DNA of 64,000 nt from an uncultured Lentisphaerales bacterium (GTDB taxonomy: Bacteria > Verrucomicrobiota > Lentisphaeria > JABSQK01 > UBA12247): the NCBI GenBank assembly GCA_943788985.1, contig CALSSJ010000022.1, positions 156,059 through 220,058 on the forward strand. The letters are read 5' to 3'. Positions 21,374 through 31,267 of this stretch are shown one piece after another. The notes beneath the pieces were generated by a model. That model did not search any database and was not told the DNA's origin. It was given only the letters and a program-made list of their open reading frames with translations. The position numbers and the translations under genes were made by a program. Numbering within the stretch: the stretch's first letter is position 1; each line of letters opens with the position of its first letter.

Positions 21374-21893
21374 GTCAGAGAAGCAAAAGCATGCATTATT
21401 TCCGATGGGAGCAGGCGCAGGGGTGTTCAATACACGAAAACCGGCCAGGTTTCATATTGCCCCTCTGGCGGAAAGAATTCTTGAGACGCATCACTCGTGT
21501 TGAATTAGGGGCATTGGTAGATTTTCTGCAGACCTGCCGGACAATGCGGCATTGCGATTTACGACGGTAGGCCCGTAACGCATCATGCGTAAGGGCTTGC
21601 GTGTTCCAGGCAGGGAGGCGAAGAGTCACGGAGTAACGCGAAACAATCTCACCCAGCTTTTACACATGCAATTCTCGGCGCCAATCTGCAAGACTCCCCC
21701 CGGACAGCCGCGTGGGCATGGCACGTCGCAGCCTGGCAGCCTTGACTGACTTCGTCCGCCAGTATGACGCGTCCGGGCACCTGACGACTTGACGAGCGCC
21801 GTGGCCTCTTGGGCAGACTCATGACGCTGGACAACAGGCTCCTATAGTGGGACGTTGGTCACGCGTATCACTCACTTAATTCCGGCTTTCGCT

Positions 21894-22254
21894 ATGCCTA
21901 CCAGATCTGATTGCTTCCTGCCTTTTTGCTGGTGCCCCACAGCTCTGCTATGTAGTTGCAGCAGCGTGCCAGAAGCACCCCCTTCCGCACAGATCTCGGC
22001 ACGGCCGGTGTTGTTTCACTAAATGCCATGGTTTCAACGCGAGATCGTAGACGGCGAGGAGATTTTGGCTCATTGGGAGTGGGTTGGCCCGGGCCCTGCC
22101 CACAACCCACGCATCGTGAAGCCGAACGGCCTCCGCGACCTGGCCAGCGTCTTTTATCCACGCATTGGTCCGTATGACAGCGGCGATGAGATGGTGCTGG
22201 ACTATCACATCCTCAGCGCCAAGCTAGCGGGGATCGAAGATCTTGCCGTCGAAT
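21894..22254 (+). pseudogene. N-terminal fragment of a GH99/GH71-like glycoside hydrolase (lipoprotein)
   Basis: PVLFH*MPWF (TAA 22020-22022 where HYMPWF is expected), HW, FYPRIGPYDSGD..V..YH..SAKLAGI; truncated near 22254. Confidence 0.65.
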
Positions 22255-23189
22255 TGGCCGCTGGGCTTCGTCGCCCCAGGTCTCGGAGCCGGGCACGGTG
22301 GCCGCTTGGCGAATCAGGGCAAAGCCCACATCGGCCAGACCACTGACGTGCAGGGTGGCTTCTTTGCCCTATCCTCGGACTTGGCTGCCAGCGTGCCGGT
22401 GACGAAACGCACGTCCTGGCCGCCGATGCTCAGGCTGATCGCTGGCTTGGGGCCATTGTTGTCGATCGGTAGCAGCAGATAGGTCTGCTCGCAGGTAAAG
22501 CTGCGCTCTTGGGCCGGGCCACTGAGCGGCTTGGGCGGGCGCTTACCGGAAGCGATCTTGACCTTTGACGCCAAGATGGGCTTGATCACTTTGGCGAGTG
22601 CCTTGCCCGAGGCGGTAAAGTTGTCGGCATTGATATGCCCCCAGCCGCTTTTGGCTTGATCCAGTATTTGAAGTGCTGCTTTCTGGCCTGAGAACTGGCT
22701 GACATCGGCAGAAACTGGCCGCATCTCTTCGCTGTTTGCGCCAGAGGCGAGGTAGTAATTCTTGCCGCCCACCAGCAGGCGCACCGAGGTCTCTTTGTGC
22801 GCGCCGCCACCCACCAGCAGGCGCGCCGAGGTCTCTTTGTGCGCGCCGCCACCCACCAGGAAGTTGAGGAATGGCATTTCGATGACGAATTCGACGGAGG
22901 TCAGGGTTCCGGTTGGGCGGTCGCTCTGGGTTGTCCCAGGTTTGCCGGACGTGCCGTTGTAGTTCTCGTAGGTCCCGATCCAGAATTTGCCCTGCAGGTT
23001 GCAGCTCTCACGCCCGCGGGCCTTGGTGTTGTCGCCCTTGGTCGGCTGAGACTTGAAGGCGCTGCCTTCGGCAGTCAAATTCTCCAGGGTTCCGGTTTAA
23101 AAGTCTCTGTTGGTGAAGAGCAGGGCGGAGTCAGTAGCCATGGCGATGGTTCCCAGCGAAAAAATGGTCAGTGGAAGGAGGGGATTCAT
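22255..23189 (-). pseudogene. N-terminal part of a GH32 (levanase/fructanase-type) protein
   Basis: Signal peptide MNPLLPL..., TAA at 23097-23099, GTLTSVEF..INFLVGGG-like motif, GWGHINAD; ends at WGDEAQRP just before the expected RPQFHF start of the catalytic domain. Confidence 0.7.
22768..22859. repeat. 42-bp tandem duplication (2 copies plus 8 bp)
   Basis: Unit starts cccaccagcaggcgc at 22768 and 22810, third cccaccag at 22852; encodes LLVGGGAHKETS(A/V)R-type 14-aa repeat. Confidence 0.92.
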
Positions 23190-23203
23190 AGTATCTTTTG
23201 TGG

Positions 23204-24535
23204 TTACGCAGTTTTAGATGCGAAGAGCTTGCCAAGGTTCAGCGTGCCCCGGCGTTTGAGGGTATCGAGCAGAACGGCAGCGAGGATCACGAAGCCAAGC
23301 ACCACTTTCTGCATGTAGCTGCCGACGCCGGTGAGGTTCATGCCATTCTGAATGACGGCGATAATGAAGGCGCCGATGAGGGTGCCAAAGATTTTGCCCT
23401 GACCGCCCATCAGGCTGGTGCCGCCGACCACAACCGCGGCAATGACGTACAGCTCGTACATGATCCCATAGGTCGGAGCACCACTCTTCAGCTGCGAGGC
23501 AGTGATGATACCGCCCAGACCAGCAAGCGCACCGTTTAGCAGGTAAACCAGCAGGATGACACGCTTGACCGGAACCCCTGACAACCGAGCGGCCTCAAGA
23601 TTTCCGCCAATGGCGTAGATGTAGCGCCCAAGCACAGTTTTACTCATCATCACATGGGCGATGATGTAGAGCAGAATCATCAGGACCACGGAGTTGGGGA
23701 TGCTGCCCAAGGCGGTGCCACGCCCAAGCCAAGCGAAAGAATCCGGAACCTGATAGATAGACTGGCCACCGGCCATGGTGTAGGCCAGTCCGCTGGCGAC
23801 CAGCATCATCGCCAGGGTCACGATAAACGGCGGGATGTTGAAGCCGGTGACCATGGCCCCAGAGAAGAGCCCCACTGCCGCCGCCAGGGCGATCGCAGCC
23901 AGACAGCAAAGAACCACGCCAAGCGTGCCAGCGGCCTCGCCACCGGCTGCATCGCGGATCAGCCAAGTGGAGGCGACGGCTGCCAGAGCCAGTAGACTGC
24001 CGACCGACAGGTCAATGCCAGCAGTGATGATGACCAGTGTCATCCCGATGGCCAGCACCGCAATCACCACAATCTGGTTGGCCACATTCAGCAGATTGTC
24101 CGCCTTCAGGAAGTTAGGCCAGTGATACGGCTCGGGCGAAAGCACCGGGATCTCTGAGAGTTGTGGCAGGCTGGACAACATCGGCCAGGTAGACACGGCT
24201 GGTGTGCAGGCAAGCAGGTCGACAGAGCCCTCCGTAAGCATCTGGTCGATCCTCTTCCTGGCATCCTGAGGCGAACCATGAATGATGGCGACGATCTCGC
24301 GTTTGCCCGCGAGCTGCGCTGCCAATTCCTCGGTAAAGGCGCGATCCTCGGCCCCGTCTCGCGCCAAGACTACGATCCGCTGCTGCTGAGTGGTTTGCTT
24401 CACGATCATCTTCCCGAGCTGGCGACCGCCGCTGGCACCGGTCGGATGCTGCTCATCCCAGGTGAGCCAGCTGAACAGCACCCCGAGAACGAGTAAGGCA
24501 AAAATCATGCCGTAGTCGGCAAAAAATCGTTTCAT
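23204..24535 (-). CDS. Monosaccharide ABC transporter permease (RbsC family) with extra soluble insert
   Basis: GMTLVIITAGIDLSVGS, IPPFIVTL, GGNLEAARLSG, YEL.VIAAVVVGGTSL.GG.G. Confidence 0.92.
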   Translation of the reverse strand: MKRFFADYGMIFALLVLGVLFSWLTWDEQHPTGASGGRQLGKMIVKQTTQQQRIVVLARDGAEDRAFTEELAAQLAGKREIVAIIHGSPQDARKRIDQMLTEGSVDLLACTPAVSTWPMLSSLPQLSEIPVLSPEPYHWPNFLKADNLLNVANQIVVIAVLAIGMTLVIITAGIDLSVGSLLALAAVASTWLIRDAAGGEAAGTLGVVLCCLAAIALAAAVGLFSGAMVTGFNIPPFIVTLAMMLVASGLAYTMAGGQSIYQVPDSFAWLGRGTALGSIPNSVVLMILLYIIAHVMMSKTVLGRYIYAIGGNLEAARLSGVPVKRVILLVYLLNGALAGLGGIITASQLKSGAPTYGIMYELYVIAAVVVGGTSLMGGQGKIFGTLIGAFIIAVIQNGMNLTGVGSYMQKVVLGFVILAAVLLDTLKRRGTLNLGKLFASKTA

Positions 24536-26028
24536 TGTACGGCCAGCTCCATAATCATTTGTTGGGTCGCATTGGGCATGTCGCTGATTTCGCCAGTGAC
24601 CCGCCCCTCATGCATGACCAGGATTCGGTCCGCCATGCCGAGTATTTCCGGCAGCTCAGAGCTGATCATGATGATCGCCTTGCCCTGGGCCGCCAGTTCG
24701 TTCATTAAGACATAAATCTCGTATTTGGCGCCGACGTCGATGCCACGCGTGGGCTCGTCGAAGATAATTACGTCGCAGTTACGCTGCAGCCATTTGGCCA
24801 GCACTACCTTTTGCTGGTTGCCGCCGGAGAGATTGCCAGCAAGCTGTTCCTGGCTCGGGGTCTTGATCCGCAGCGACTCGACAAAACCGCCGAACGCTAC
24901 CTTCTCGTTTCCTTCGGCGACAAAACCAAAGCGTGAAAAGGCATCCAGGTTTGGCAGGGCAAAATTCTCTCGCAGCGACTGGCCGAGGATCAGCCCCTGG
25001 GCTTTGCGATCCTCGGTGAGTAGCCCGATCTCGTTGGCAATCGCCTGGCGCGGATGCTGAATGTCGAGAATCCTGCCATCCAAGGCGATGGTGCCGGAGT
25101 CCCGTTTGTCGGCCCCGAAAATCAGCCGGGCGGTCTCGGTCCGGCCCGCGCCGACCAAGCCCGCCAGAGCCAGAATCTCACCCTCCCGCACCGAGAACGA
25201 GACATCGCGCACCGCGGTGCCACGGTTCAGGCCTTCGACCACCAGCCGTTCTTTTCCCGGCTGGGTAGCGCGTGGCGGAAATTCTTTGTCCAATTTGCGA
25301 CCGACCATCATTTCGATCAGTTGTTCGCGGTTGATGTCAGCGATCGTCGCTTCGCCCACGCCGGTTCCATCGCGCATGACCGAAACTCGATCGCAAATCT
25401 CAAAGATCTCTTCCAGCCGATGACTGACGTAAATGATGCCGATGCCCTGCGACTTTAACTCACGCATCACGGCGAAGAGCCGCTCCACCTCTTGCGGTGT
25501 AAGCGTGGCGCTGGGCTCGTCCATAACGATGATTTTGGCCTCTACTGAGAGCGCTTTGGCAATCTCCACCACCTGCTGCTGGGCCACACTTAGGTCGCCG
25601 CAGAGAGCTTCGGGATCCACGGCCACGCCCACGCGTTTGAACAGCGCCAAGGCGGCGTCATGCTCTCGCTGGCGCGAGAAGCAGCCGAAGCGCGTCTTCT
25701 CCTGACCGAGGAAGATATTCTCGCGAGCGGTCAGCTGCGGCACCAGATTAAACTCTTGGTAGATGATCCCGACGCCAGCATTGCGGCCATCGACCGGGCT
25801 GTTGATCTGCCGCACCTCACCATCAAATGCAAGCGTTCCTTGATCAGGAAGATGAGCGCCACCAAGCACCTTGATGAGCGTGCTCTTGCCAGCGCCGTTT
25901 TCTCCCACCAGTGCCAGCACCTCGCCCGCATGCAGGGCCAAATCCACACTCCTCAGCGCTTTCACGCCGGGGAAGGATTTGGTGATGCCCTGCATCGACA
26001 GGAGCGGTGCTGCCATGGTGGACTCCAT
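24532..26028 (-). CDS. Monosaccharide ABC transporter ATP-binding protein (RbsA family)
   Basis: Two ABC domains: GENGAGKST, MDEP, LSGGNQQK, DEPTRGIDVGAK. Confidence 0.95.
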   Translation of the reverse strand: MESTMAAPLLSMQGITKSFPGVKALRSVDLALHAGEVLALVGENGAGKSTLIKVLGGAHLPDQGTLAFDGEVRQINSPVDGRNAGVGIIYQEFNLVPQLTARENIFLGQEKTRFGCFSRQREHDAALALFKRVGVAVDPEALCGDLSVAQQQVVEIAKALSVEAKIIVMDEPSATLTPQEVERLFAVMRELKSQGIGIIYVSHRLEEIFEICDRVSVMRDGTGVGEATIADINREQLIEMMVGRKLDKEFPPRATQPGKERLVVEGLNRGTAVRDVSFSVREGEILALAGLVGAGRTETARLIFGADKRDSGTIALDGRILDIQHPRQAIANEIGLLTEDRKAQGLILGQSLRENFALPNLDAFSRFGFVAEGNEKVAFGGFVESLRIKTPSQEQLAGNLSGGNQQKVVLAKWLQRNCDVIIFDEPTRGIDVGAKYEIYVLMNELAAQGKAIIMISSELPEILGMADRILVMHEGRVTGEISDMPNATQQMIMELAVQ

Positions 26029-26039
26029 CGCTGTGGGTT

Positions 26040-27023
26040 CTATTTCGCTGCGTCCGCAGCAGCATCGGCCTGGCGATAGAGTGCGGTTGGGATCAGGTAC
26101 TCGGCCGGGCAGTCTTCGCCGTTCATGTACTTGACGATGAGCTTGACGGTCTCGGCACCGATCTGGTCTGGGAACTGAACCGGATCGGCATAGATCTTGC
26201 CAGCGGCAATGGCTTTCTTGCCTTCAGGTTGGCCATCAAACCCGACAATCTTGACTTGCTTCAGCTTGCCAGCATTCTCTAGCGCGGCTACCGCGCCCAA
26301 GGCCGAAGGATCGTTGATCGCGAAGATGCCTGCGAGGTCCGCATGCGCCTGAATGATGTCCTGGGTGACCTTGAAGCTCTTAGCCTTGTCGCCGCCGCCC
26401 GGCAGTATGGTGACTACCGTGATATCACAATCTGCAGCCTTGTTCAGCTCCGCCAGCTTCTCTTGAAACCCCTTGGTCCGGAGTAGCACCGATTCCACTT
26501 CCGGGAAGTCTAGGATCGCCACCTTGCCGCGTCCTCCCAGTGCCTCGACCATGGCTTTCGCCGCCATTCTGCCACCGAGGTAATTGTCGGTCGCCACGTG
26601 CGAGACGACCTTGGCACCAGCGGCCGTGCAGGCAATGTCAGCGGTGAACACCGGAATGCCAGCCGCATTAGCTTCCTGGATTGCCGGGCCAATCGCCTTC
26701 GAATCACACGGGCAGAGGACAATCGCCGAGACTTTCTTGACGATGAAGTCCTTGATCTGGTTCTGCTGGCGAGCCACATCGAAATCACCACTGACGGCGA
26801 GGAGCTCGAAGCCACTCTTCTTGGCTTCGGCCTCCATGCTGTCGACGATCTCCTTAAAGAACGGATTGTTCATGGTCAGCACGGATACCGCGATAATTGG
26901 AGTCGCTTTGCTGCTGGAAGTCGCTGGTGCCGTTGAGCTGGTTGCAGGGCCCTTCTTACCACAGCCGCAGATTGCGCCTATGAGAGTTGTCGCCAGCATG
27001 AGGTTCCACATTGTCTTCTTCAT
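26040..27023 (-). CDS. Monosaccharide ABC transporter substrate-binding lipoprotein (RbsB family)
   Basis: Lipobox-like GCG, NPFF, TDNYLGG, AIND, VGFDG. Confidence 0.92.
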   Translation of the reverse strand: MKKTMWNLMLATTLIGAICGCGKKGPATSSTAPATSSSKATPIIAVSVLTMNNPFFKEIVDSMEAEAKKSGFELLAVSGDFDVARQQNQIKDFIVKKVSAIVLCPCDSKAIGPAIQEANAAGIPVFTADIACTAAGAKVVSHVATDNYLGGRMAAKAMVEALGGRGKVAILDFPEVESVLLRTKGFQEKLAELNKAADCDITVVTILPGGGDKAKSFKVTQDIIQAHADLAGIFAINDPSALGAVAALENAGKLKQVKIVGFDGQPEGKKAIAAGKIYADPVQFPDQIGAETVKLIVKYMNGEDCPAEYLIPTALYRQADAAADAAK

Positions 27024-27907
27024 CGTTCATCTCCATTCTCGGTTTTTGGTGGTAAGGGCGGCACAGCTCCAAGCTGCGTGCATACGTGAGAAGCGACCGT
27101 GTTCGCGTGTCGGTTTATGTCCTCCAGAGTGTTTCCATTGAGATAGCCTGTAACGACCGCTGCAGTGAATGAGTCACCAGCCCCGACCGTGCTGGCCAGA
27201 ACGGTTGGGGGCGGGGCGGCCGCGAAATTCGCATCATCCGGCGTCACAATCCAGGCACCTTTCGAGCCACAGGTGAGAACAGCCAGCTTCATGTCATGGG
27301 CCCGCACAATCGCCTTCAACTGCTCACTGTCGGTGCCAGGAATCCCCAGCATCGCTGCCAGGATTGGCAACTCTTCGTCGTTTACCTTCAAGGCATTGGC
27401 ACGCTTGAGCGAGTCGAGGATGACCGCATCAGAGTAATAGGTTTGGCGAAGATTGATGTCAAACATGCGCAGGCAGTCCGGCCGGGTCGCATCGAGAAAC
27501 CTGCCGATCGCGTCTCTGGATGCGTCGCTGCGTTGCGACAGACTGCCAAAGCAGACCGCATCAAGTCGGGGGGCAAGCCCTGCCAGTTCAGCTGTAAACG
27601 AGATGGCGTCCCAGGCCACATGCTGCTTAATCTCATACTCCGGCTGGCCACCGTGCCCCAGCGTCACCTGCACCCTTCCAGTCTGTAGGGATGCCGCGAC
27701 CAGCAGTCCGCTGCAATCGACCCCGTGCTGCTGGAGAAAGTCGCGCCCGGCGGCTCCGAGCGCGTCATCTCCCACGCAACTCACTACATACGCATGCGCC
27801 CCTAGGATGCCGCAATGGCAGGCAAAATTGGCCGGCGCGCCGCCCAAAGTCTTGTCATCTCCATGAATGTCCCACAGGACCTCACCGATGCCAGCGACTT
27901 TAAACAT
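27020..27907 (-). CDS. PfkB family carbohydrate kinase (fructokinase-like)
   Basis: GEVLWD, GGAPANFA, FDINLR, TVGAGDSF. Confidence 0.9.
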   Translation of the reverse strand: MFKVAGIGEVLWDIHGDDKTLGGAPANFACHCGILGAHAYVVSCVGDDALGAAGRDFLQQHGVDCSGLLVAASLQTGRVQVTLGHGGQPEYEIKQHVAWDAISFTAELAGLAPRLDAVCFGSLSQRSDASRDAIGRFLDATRPDCLRMFDINLRQTYYSDAVILDSLKRANALKVNDEELPILAAMLGIPGTDSEQLKAIVRAHDMKLAVLTCGSKGAWIVTPDDANFAAAPPPTVLASTVGAGDSFTAAVVTGYLNGNTLEDINRHANTVASHVCTQLGAVPPLPPKTENGDER

Positions 27908-27950
27908 TTTGTTTATTACCACAGCTTTCACCTACTTACACGACTATTCC

Positions 27951-27967
27951 GCTGTTACGGTAACGGC
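27951..27967. promoter_or_regulatory. Candidate repressor operator (imperfect palindrome)
   Basis: gctgttacggtaacggc, in the divergent gap between the kinase gene and the regulator gene. Confidence 0.3.
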
Positions 27968-28102
27968 ACCCGCCAGTGGCTTCAAGAGTAAAGCTATGTA
28001 AATGTTATCTCATTTGTATTTCGTCCTAGGTGCGACAGCGGGCGTTGGATTAGATTGTAAATTCCCTCTTGCCTCAGTTAACATTAAGGTTACATTTTGG
28101 CC

Positions 28103-29200
28103 ATGGAGAAACGAACAAATAGAATGCTGGAGATATACACCTTCCTCAAGCAGGCAATTGCCGAGGGGGTCTATGTCGAGGATGATCTGCTGCCCACAGA
28201 TCTGCAATTGGCGGAGCAATTCGGTGTCAGTCGCCCGACAGTCGCCAGAGCGGTCAAGAAGCTCCAGGCGGAAGGGCAGGTCGGCCGGAAGCCAGGCTAT
28301 GGCACCTACATTATCCCCCAGCCATTAGCCGAACCAAGCAGCGCAGAGCGCGTCTTCGGCTTACTTATTCCTGCCCTCGGCGAAACGGAGATTTTTGAAC
28401 CGATCTGCGGTCAGATCGCCAATCTTGCGGACTCGCACCACTTCAGCCTGCTCTGGGGCGGCGGCGGTACCCTGCATGATCGCGGATTGGGAAATGCCCT
28501 GCAATTAGCCGAGAAGTATGTGGCCCAGAAAATCGATGGGGTGTTCTTCGCACCATTGGAACTAATCCCAGAAGCCGCCGAGCAGAATGCCCGGATTGTC
28601 GCCATGTTCACCGCGGCATCCATCCCCGTGGTTCTCCTCGACAGCGATATCGTCCCGCCGCCGCTACGTAGCGCCCACGACCTGATCGGTATCAACAACA
28701 TCAATGCCGGTTTTACCCTAGCTCGGCATCTGATTGACCGCGGCTGCCAATCGATCGGCTTTATAACCAGACCGAATATTGCCGGCACTGTCCATATGCG
28801 CTTGATCGGGGCTCGCGAAGCGGTCCTGCAGGCTGAGCTCCCCCATGACAGCCTCAGCGTGATCGAGATCGACACCGCCGTCGAAGCATTCGCGATCGGC
28901 ACCACGTGGGACGCCTTGGACGGCCTGATTTGCTACAACGACGCGCTTGCGGCGCCGTTGCTCGTCGAACTAGACAAGCATGGCGTAAATATTCCCCGTG
29001 ACCTCAAGATCTGCGCCTTCGACGATGTCAAATACGCCAATCTGATCAAGATCCCGCTGACCACCTACCGGCAGCCCTGCCGGGACATCGGCACGGGCGC
29101 TGTCGACGCCATGCTCGCGCGCATCCGCCAGCCCGACGCCGTTGCCCGAATGCTCCAGCTCCAGGGCGAGCTCATCGTCCGCACCTCCACCGAACAGTAG
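28103..29200 (+). CDS. GntR-HTH plus LacI-type sugar-binding domain regulator (AraR-like)
   Basis: LPT..QLAEQFGVSRPTV..A winged HTH; C-terminal CYND, FDD, LTTYRQP, L.VR.S. Confidence 0.9.
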   Translation: MEKRTNRMLEIYTFLKQAIAEGVYVEDDLLPTDLQLAEQFGVSRPTVARAVKKLQAEGQVGRKPGYGTYIIPQPLAEPSSAERVFGLLIPALGETEIFEPICGQIANLADSHHFSLLWGGGGTLHDRGLGNALQLAEKYVAQKIDGVFFAPLELIPEAAEQNARIVAMFTAASIPVVLLDSDIVPPPLRSAHDLIGINNINAGFTLARHLIDRGCQSIGFITRPNIAGTVHMRLIGAREAVLQAELPHDSLSVIEIDTAVEAFAIGTTWDALDGLICYNDALAAPLLVELDKHGVNIPRDLKICAFDDVKYANLIKIPLTTYRQPCRDIGTGAVDAMLARIRQPDAVARMLQLQGELIVRTSTEQ

Positions 29201-29222
29201 ACGCGGGCTTATTAGCCTGGGC

Positions 29223-30749
29223 TTACTCAGCGCCTTCTTCAGTGGCCTCTTGGTCTGTGCCGCCGTGATAGCAAGCTTCATGGGCATCAGCACGCTTCTT
29301 GAAAAAGCGGCGTAACCCGAAATTCAACAACACGGCCAGGAAGATGCCCGGAACTGCCAAGTGGTAGACAATGTTCGCGACTAGGCCCGTGGCTAAAATG
29401 GCAATGATCGGCGCTATGCACCAGCAGGCGATGACCCAGACTGCGCGGCCGAGTTTCAGGTCTGCATGTCCGCCGGTGTAGACGCAGTCTGCCGCGCCTG
29501 TTCCCAACACGGCGGCGAAGGCGACGTAGGTCGTCGAGACCGGCATCCCTCGCCCGGAGGCAAAGGCAATGACGCTGGCACTGACGGCGGTAATGACCGA
29601 GGCCCGCAGGGCGTCGTAGTGAATCTTTTTGCCTGAATCTGTGACATCTGCCGTCGGTGCCAGACTCTCGTGCTTCGGACCAAAGCGCAGCAGAACGCCG
29701 GCCAGCCGTCGGCACCAGTTCGGCGCGTAGAGGGCCACATGCTCAAACTGGCTGCCGGTATTTACTTCGGCCCGCGTCACTCGTTGGGCGTAGGAGCTGA
29801 ACATACCAGAGGCCATGAGGATCCCGCAGCCGGTGAGCGCCCAAATCGGGATCGGAATCTTTGAGGCCAAGTCTGCGAGATCGCCCAGCTCCGAACCACT
29901 TTGCCACAGATTCAGCGCCGCAAGTCCGGGCGAAGCCGCATTGGCTAGATCATTTTGGCCGAAGGCGAAGGCCATACAGATCATCCCCAGTATTGCCATC
30001 ACCGAGAACAGCTTGTCGATCCCGCGTCGGTGATTGAACACCAGAATCATGTGCACGATAAAGGTGAAGCCTGCCCACATGAGGAGCAGTACCAAGCCTA
30101 CGCCGTATTCTTCGAAGAACCCGCTGCGGATACTCTTGACAAACGCCACGTTCTTCATCCCTTTGAAGATCATAAACCAGCCAAGGCAGGTCAAGATCGC
30201 GCCACATATCCAGGGGCCATGCAACAAAAGCGTGTCGCGGTCTCGATATTTGGTCTGAATTGCCCCACGAAAAACCCGCATGACCATAAAGGAGGCGACC
30301 CCCGAAACTGCGATGGAGACGAAGATTGCGGTGGTGACTGAACCGACCTTGGGCCAGTTTACATTGTCGAAGCCAGCCAGAAACATCGCAGCTCCCACCA
30401 GCTCAAACACCAGGCAGGCGGTGGTGCTAACCGGCATGCCAAAGGCCGAAAACGTATAGAGCAGCAGCGTATCCACAAAGTAGACACTGATGTAGATCGC
30501 CAGGGCCATTTGCACGGTCAGTAAGGTTGGATCGAAGATCCCCTTCCGTGCAGTTTCCATCACTGGTGCGGCAAATGTAGCCCCGAGAATTACGGCTGCG
30601 CCGGCCAAATAAACCGCCTTGCGCCGCTCCATCACTCGGGCACCAAAAACTGCGTTCACCAAGTTGGCCGCATCATTTCTGCCCACCTCGATACAGTCCC
30701 AGATCAAAAAGGCCAAGCCGACTATTACTGCGATCAGTAGGAAGTTCAT
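29223..30749 (-). CDS. Inorganic phosphate transporter (PiT/PHO4 family)
   Basis: GRNDAAN and GQNDLAN signatures; two PVSTT motifs. Confidence 0.85.
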   Translation of the reverse strand: MNFLLIAVIVGLAFLIWDCIEVGRNDAANLVNAVFGARVMERRKAVYLAGAAVILGATFAAPVMETARKGIFDPTLLTVQMALAIYISVYFVDTLLLYTFSAFGMPVSTTACLVFELVGAAMFLAGFDNVNWPKVGSVTTAIFVSIAVSGVASFMVMRVFRGAIQTKYRDRDTLLLHGPWICGAILTCLGWFMIFKGMKNVAFVKSIRSGFFEEYGVGLVLLLMWAGFTFIVHMILVFNHRRGIDKLFSVMAILGMICMAFAFGQNDLANAASPGLAALNLWQSGSELGDLADLASKIPIPIWALTGCGILMASGMFSSYAQRVTRAEVNTGSQFEHVALYAPNWCRRLAGVLLRFGPKHESLAPTADVTDSGKKIHYDALRASVITAVSASVIAFASGRGMPVSTTYVAFAAVLGTGAADCVYTGGHADLKLGRAVWVIACWCIAPIIAILATGLVANIVYHLAVPGIFLAVLLNFGLRRFFKKRADAHEACYHGGTDQEATEEGAE

Positions 30750-31045
30750 CTTACAGGCTCCAGGCGACGTTGTTGGTGGCATCAGGAAAACGGAAATTGC
30801 AGACAAGCTGATTCATGGGGGCAATCCTATCCAAGTGTTCAGCTGTTCTAGAAGCTGATTTGCGGAGCTATACCAAGGCTGATTACGAGGAAATCAGGCC
30901 TGAGAGGGAATTGTGCGTGAAAAGGTCTCCCGCTGCGCAGAATTTACTAGCAGCGAACACACGACAATGTGGTGAGCGCACTGCGAAGGAAGGACGCCAC
31001 TCCCGTAGCTGACACGAACGAGGCCCAGTCACTCCCTCCAAGGGG

Positions 31046-31267
31046 CTACCAGCCCAAGATGTCGTCTTCGGCATATGATCCGCCAGCGCGTCGATCGGGA
31101 CGACAGCTCATGAGTTCGAACCTGTCATCTTCAGACCATGGCCGGTATATGCTGCCCCATCGATCTAATAAATCAGTGCTTTTTGCGAGGTAAGGCCCGT
31201 GCCAGTCCTCTACATCGGAGCCGCGGAGCAAGTCTTGATGCGATTCCGGGTACTTGCCAGTATCTAG
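31046..31267 (-). pseudogene. gspG: 3' part of a GspG-like type II secretion pseudopilin, split by the IS
   Basis: LDTGKYP..L...W.GPYL....D(R)WG..Y....F.L.S...D...GG...DDI..W. Confidence 0.8.

Noticed and set aside
21374..21893. Short ORFs or an ncRNA downstream of thiO
   Set aside because: No family motif or convincing structure; probably eroded sequence.
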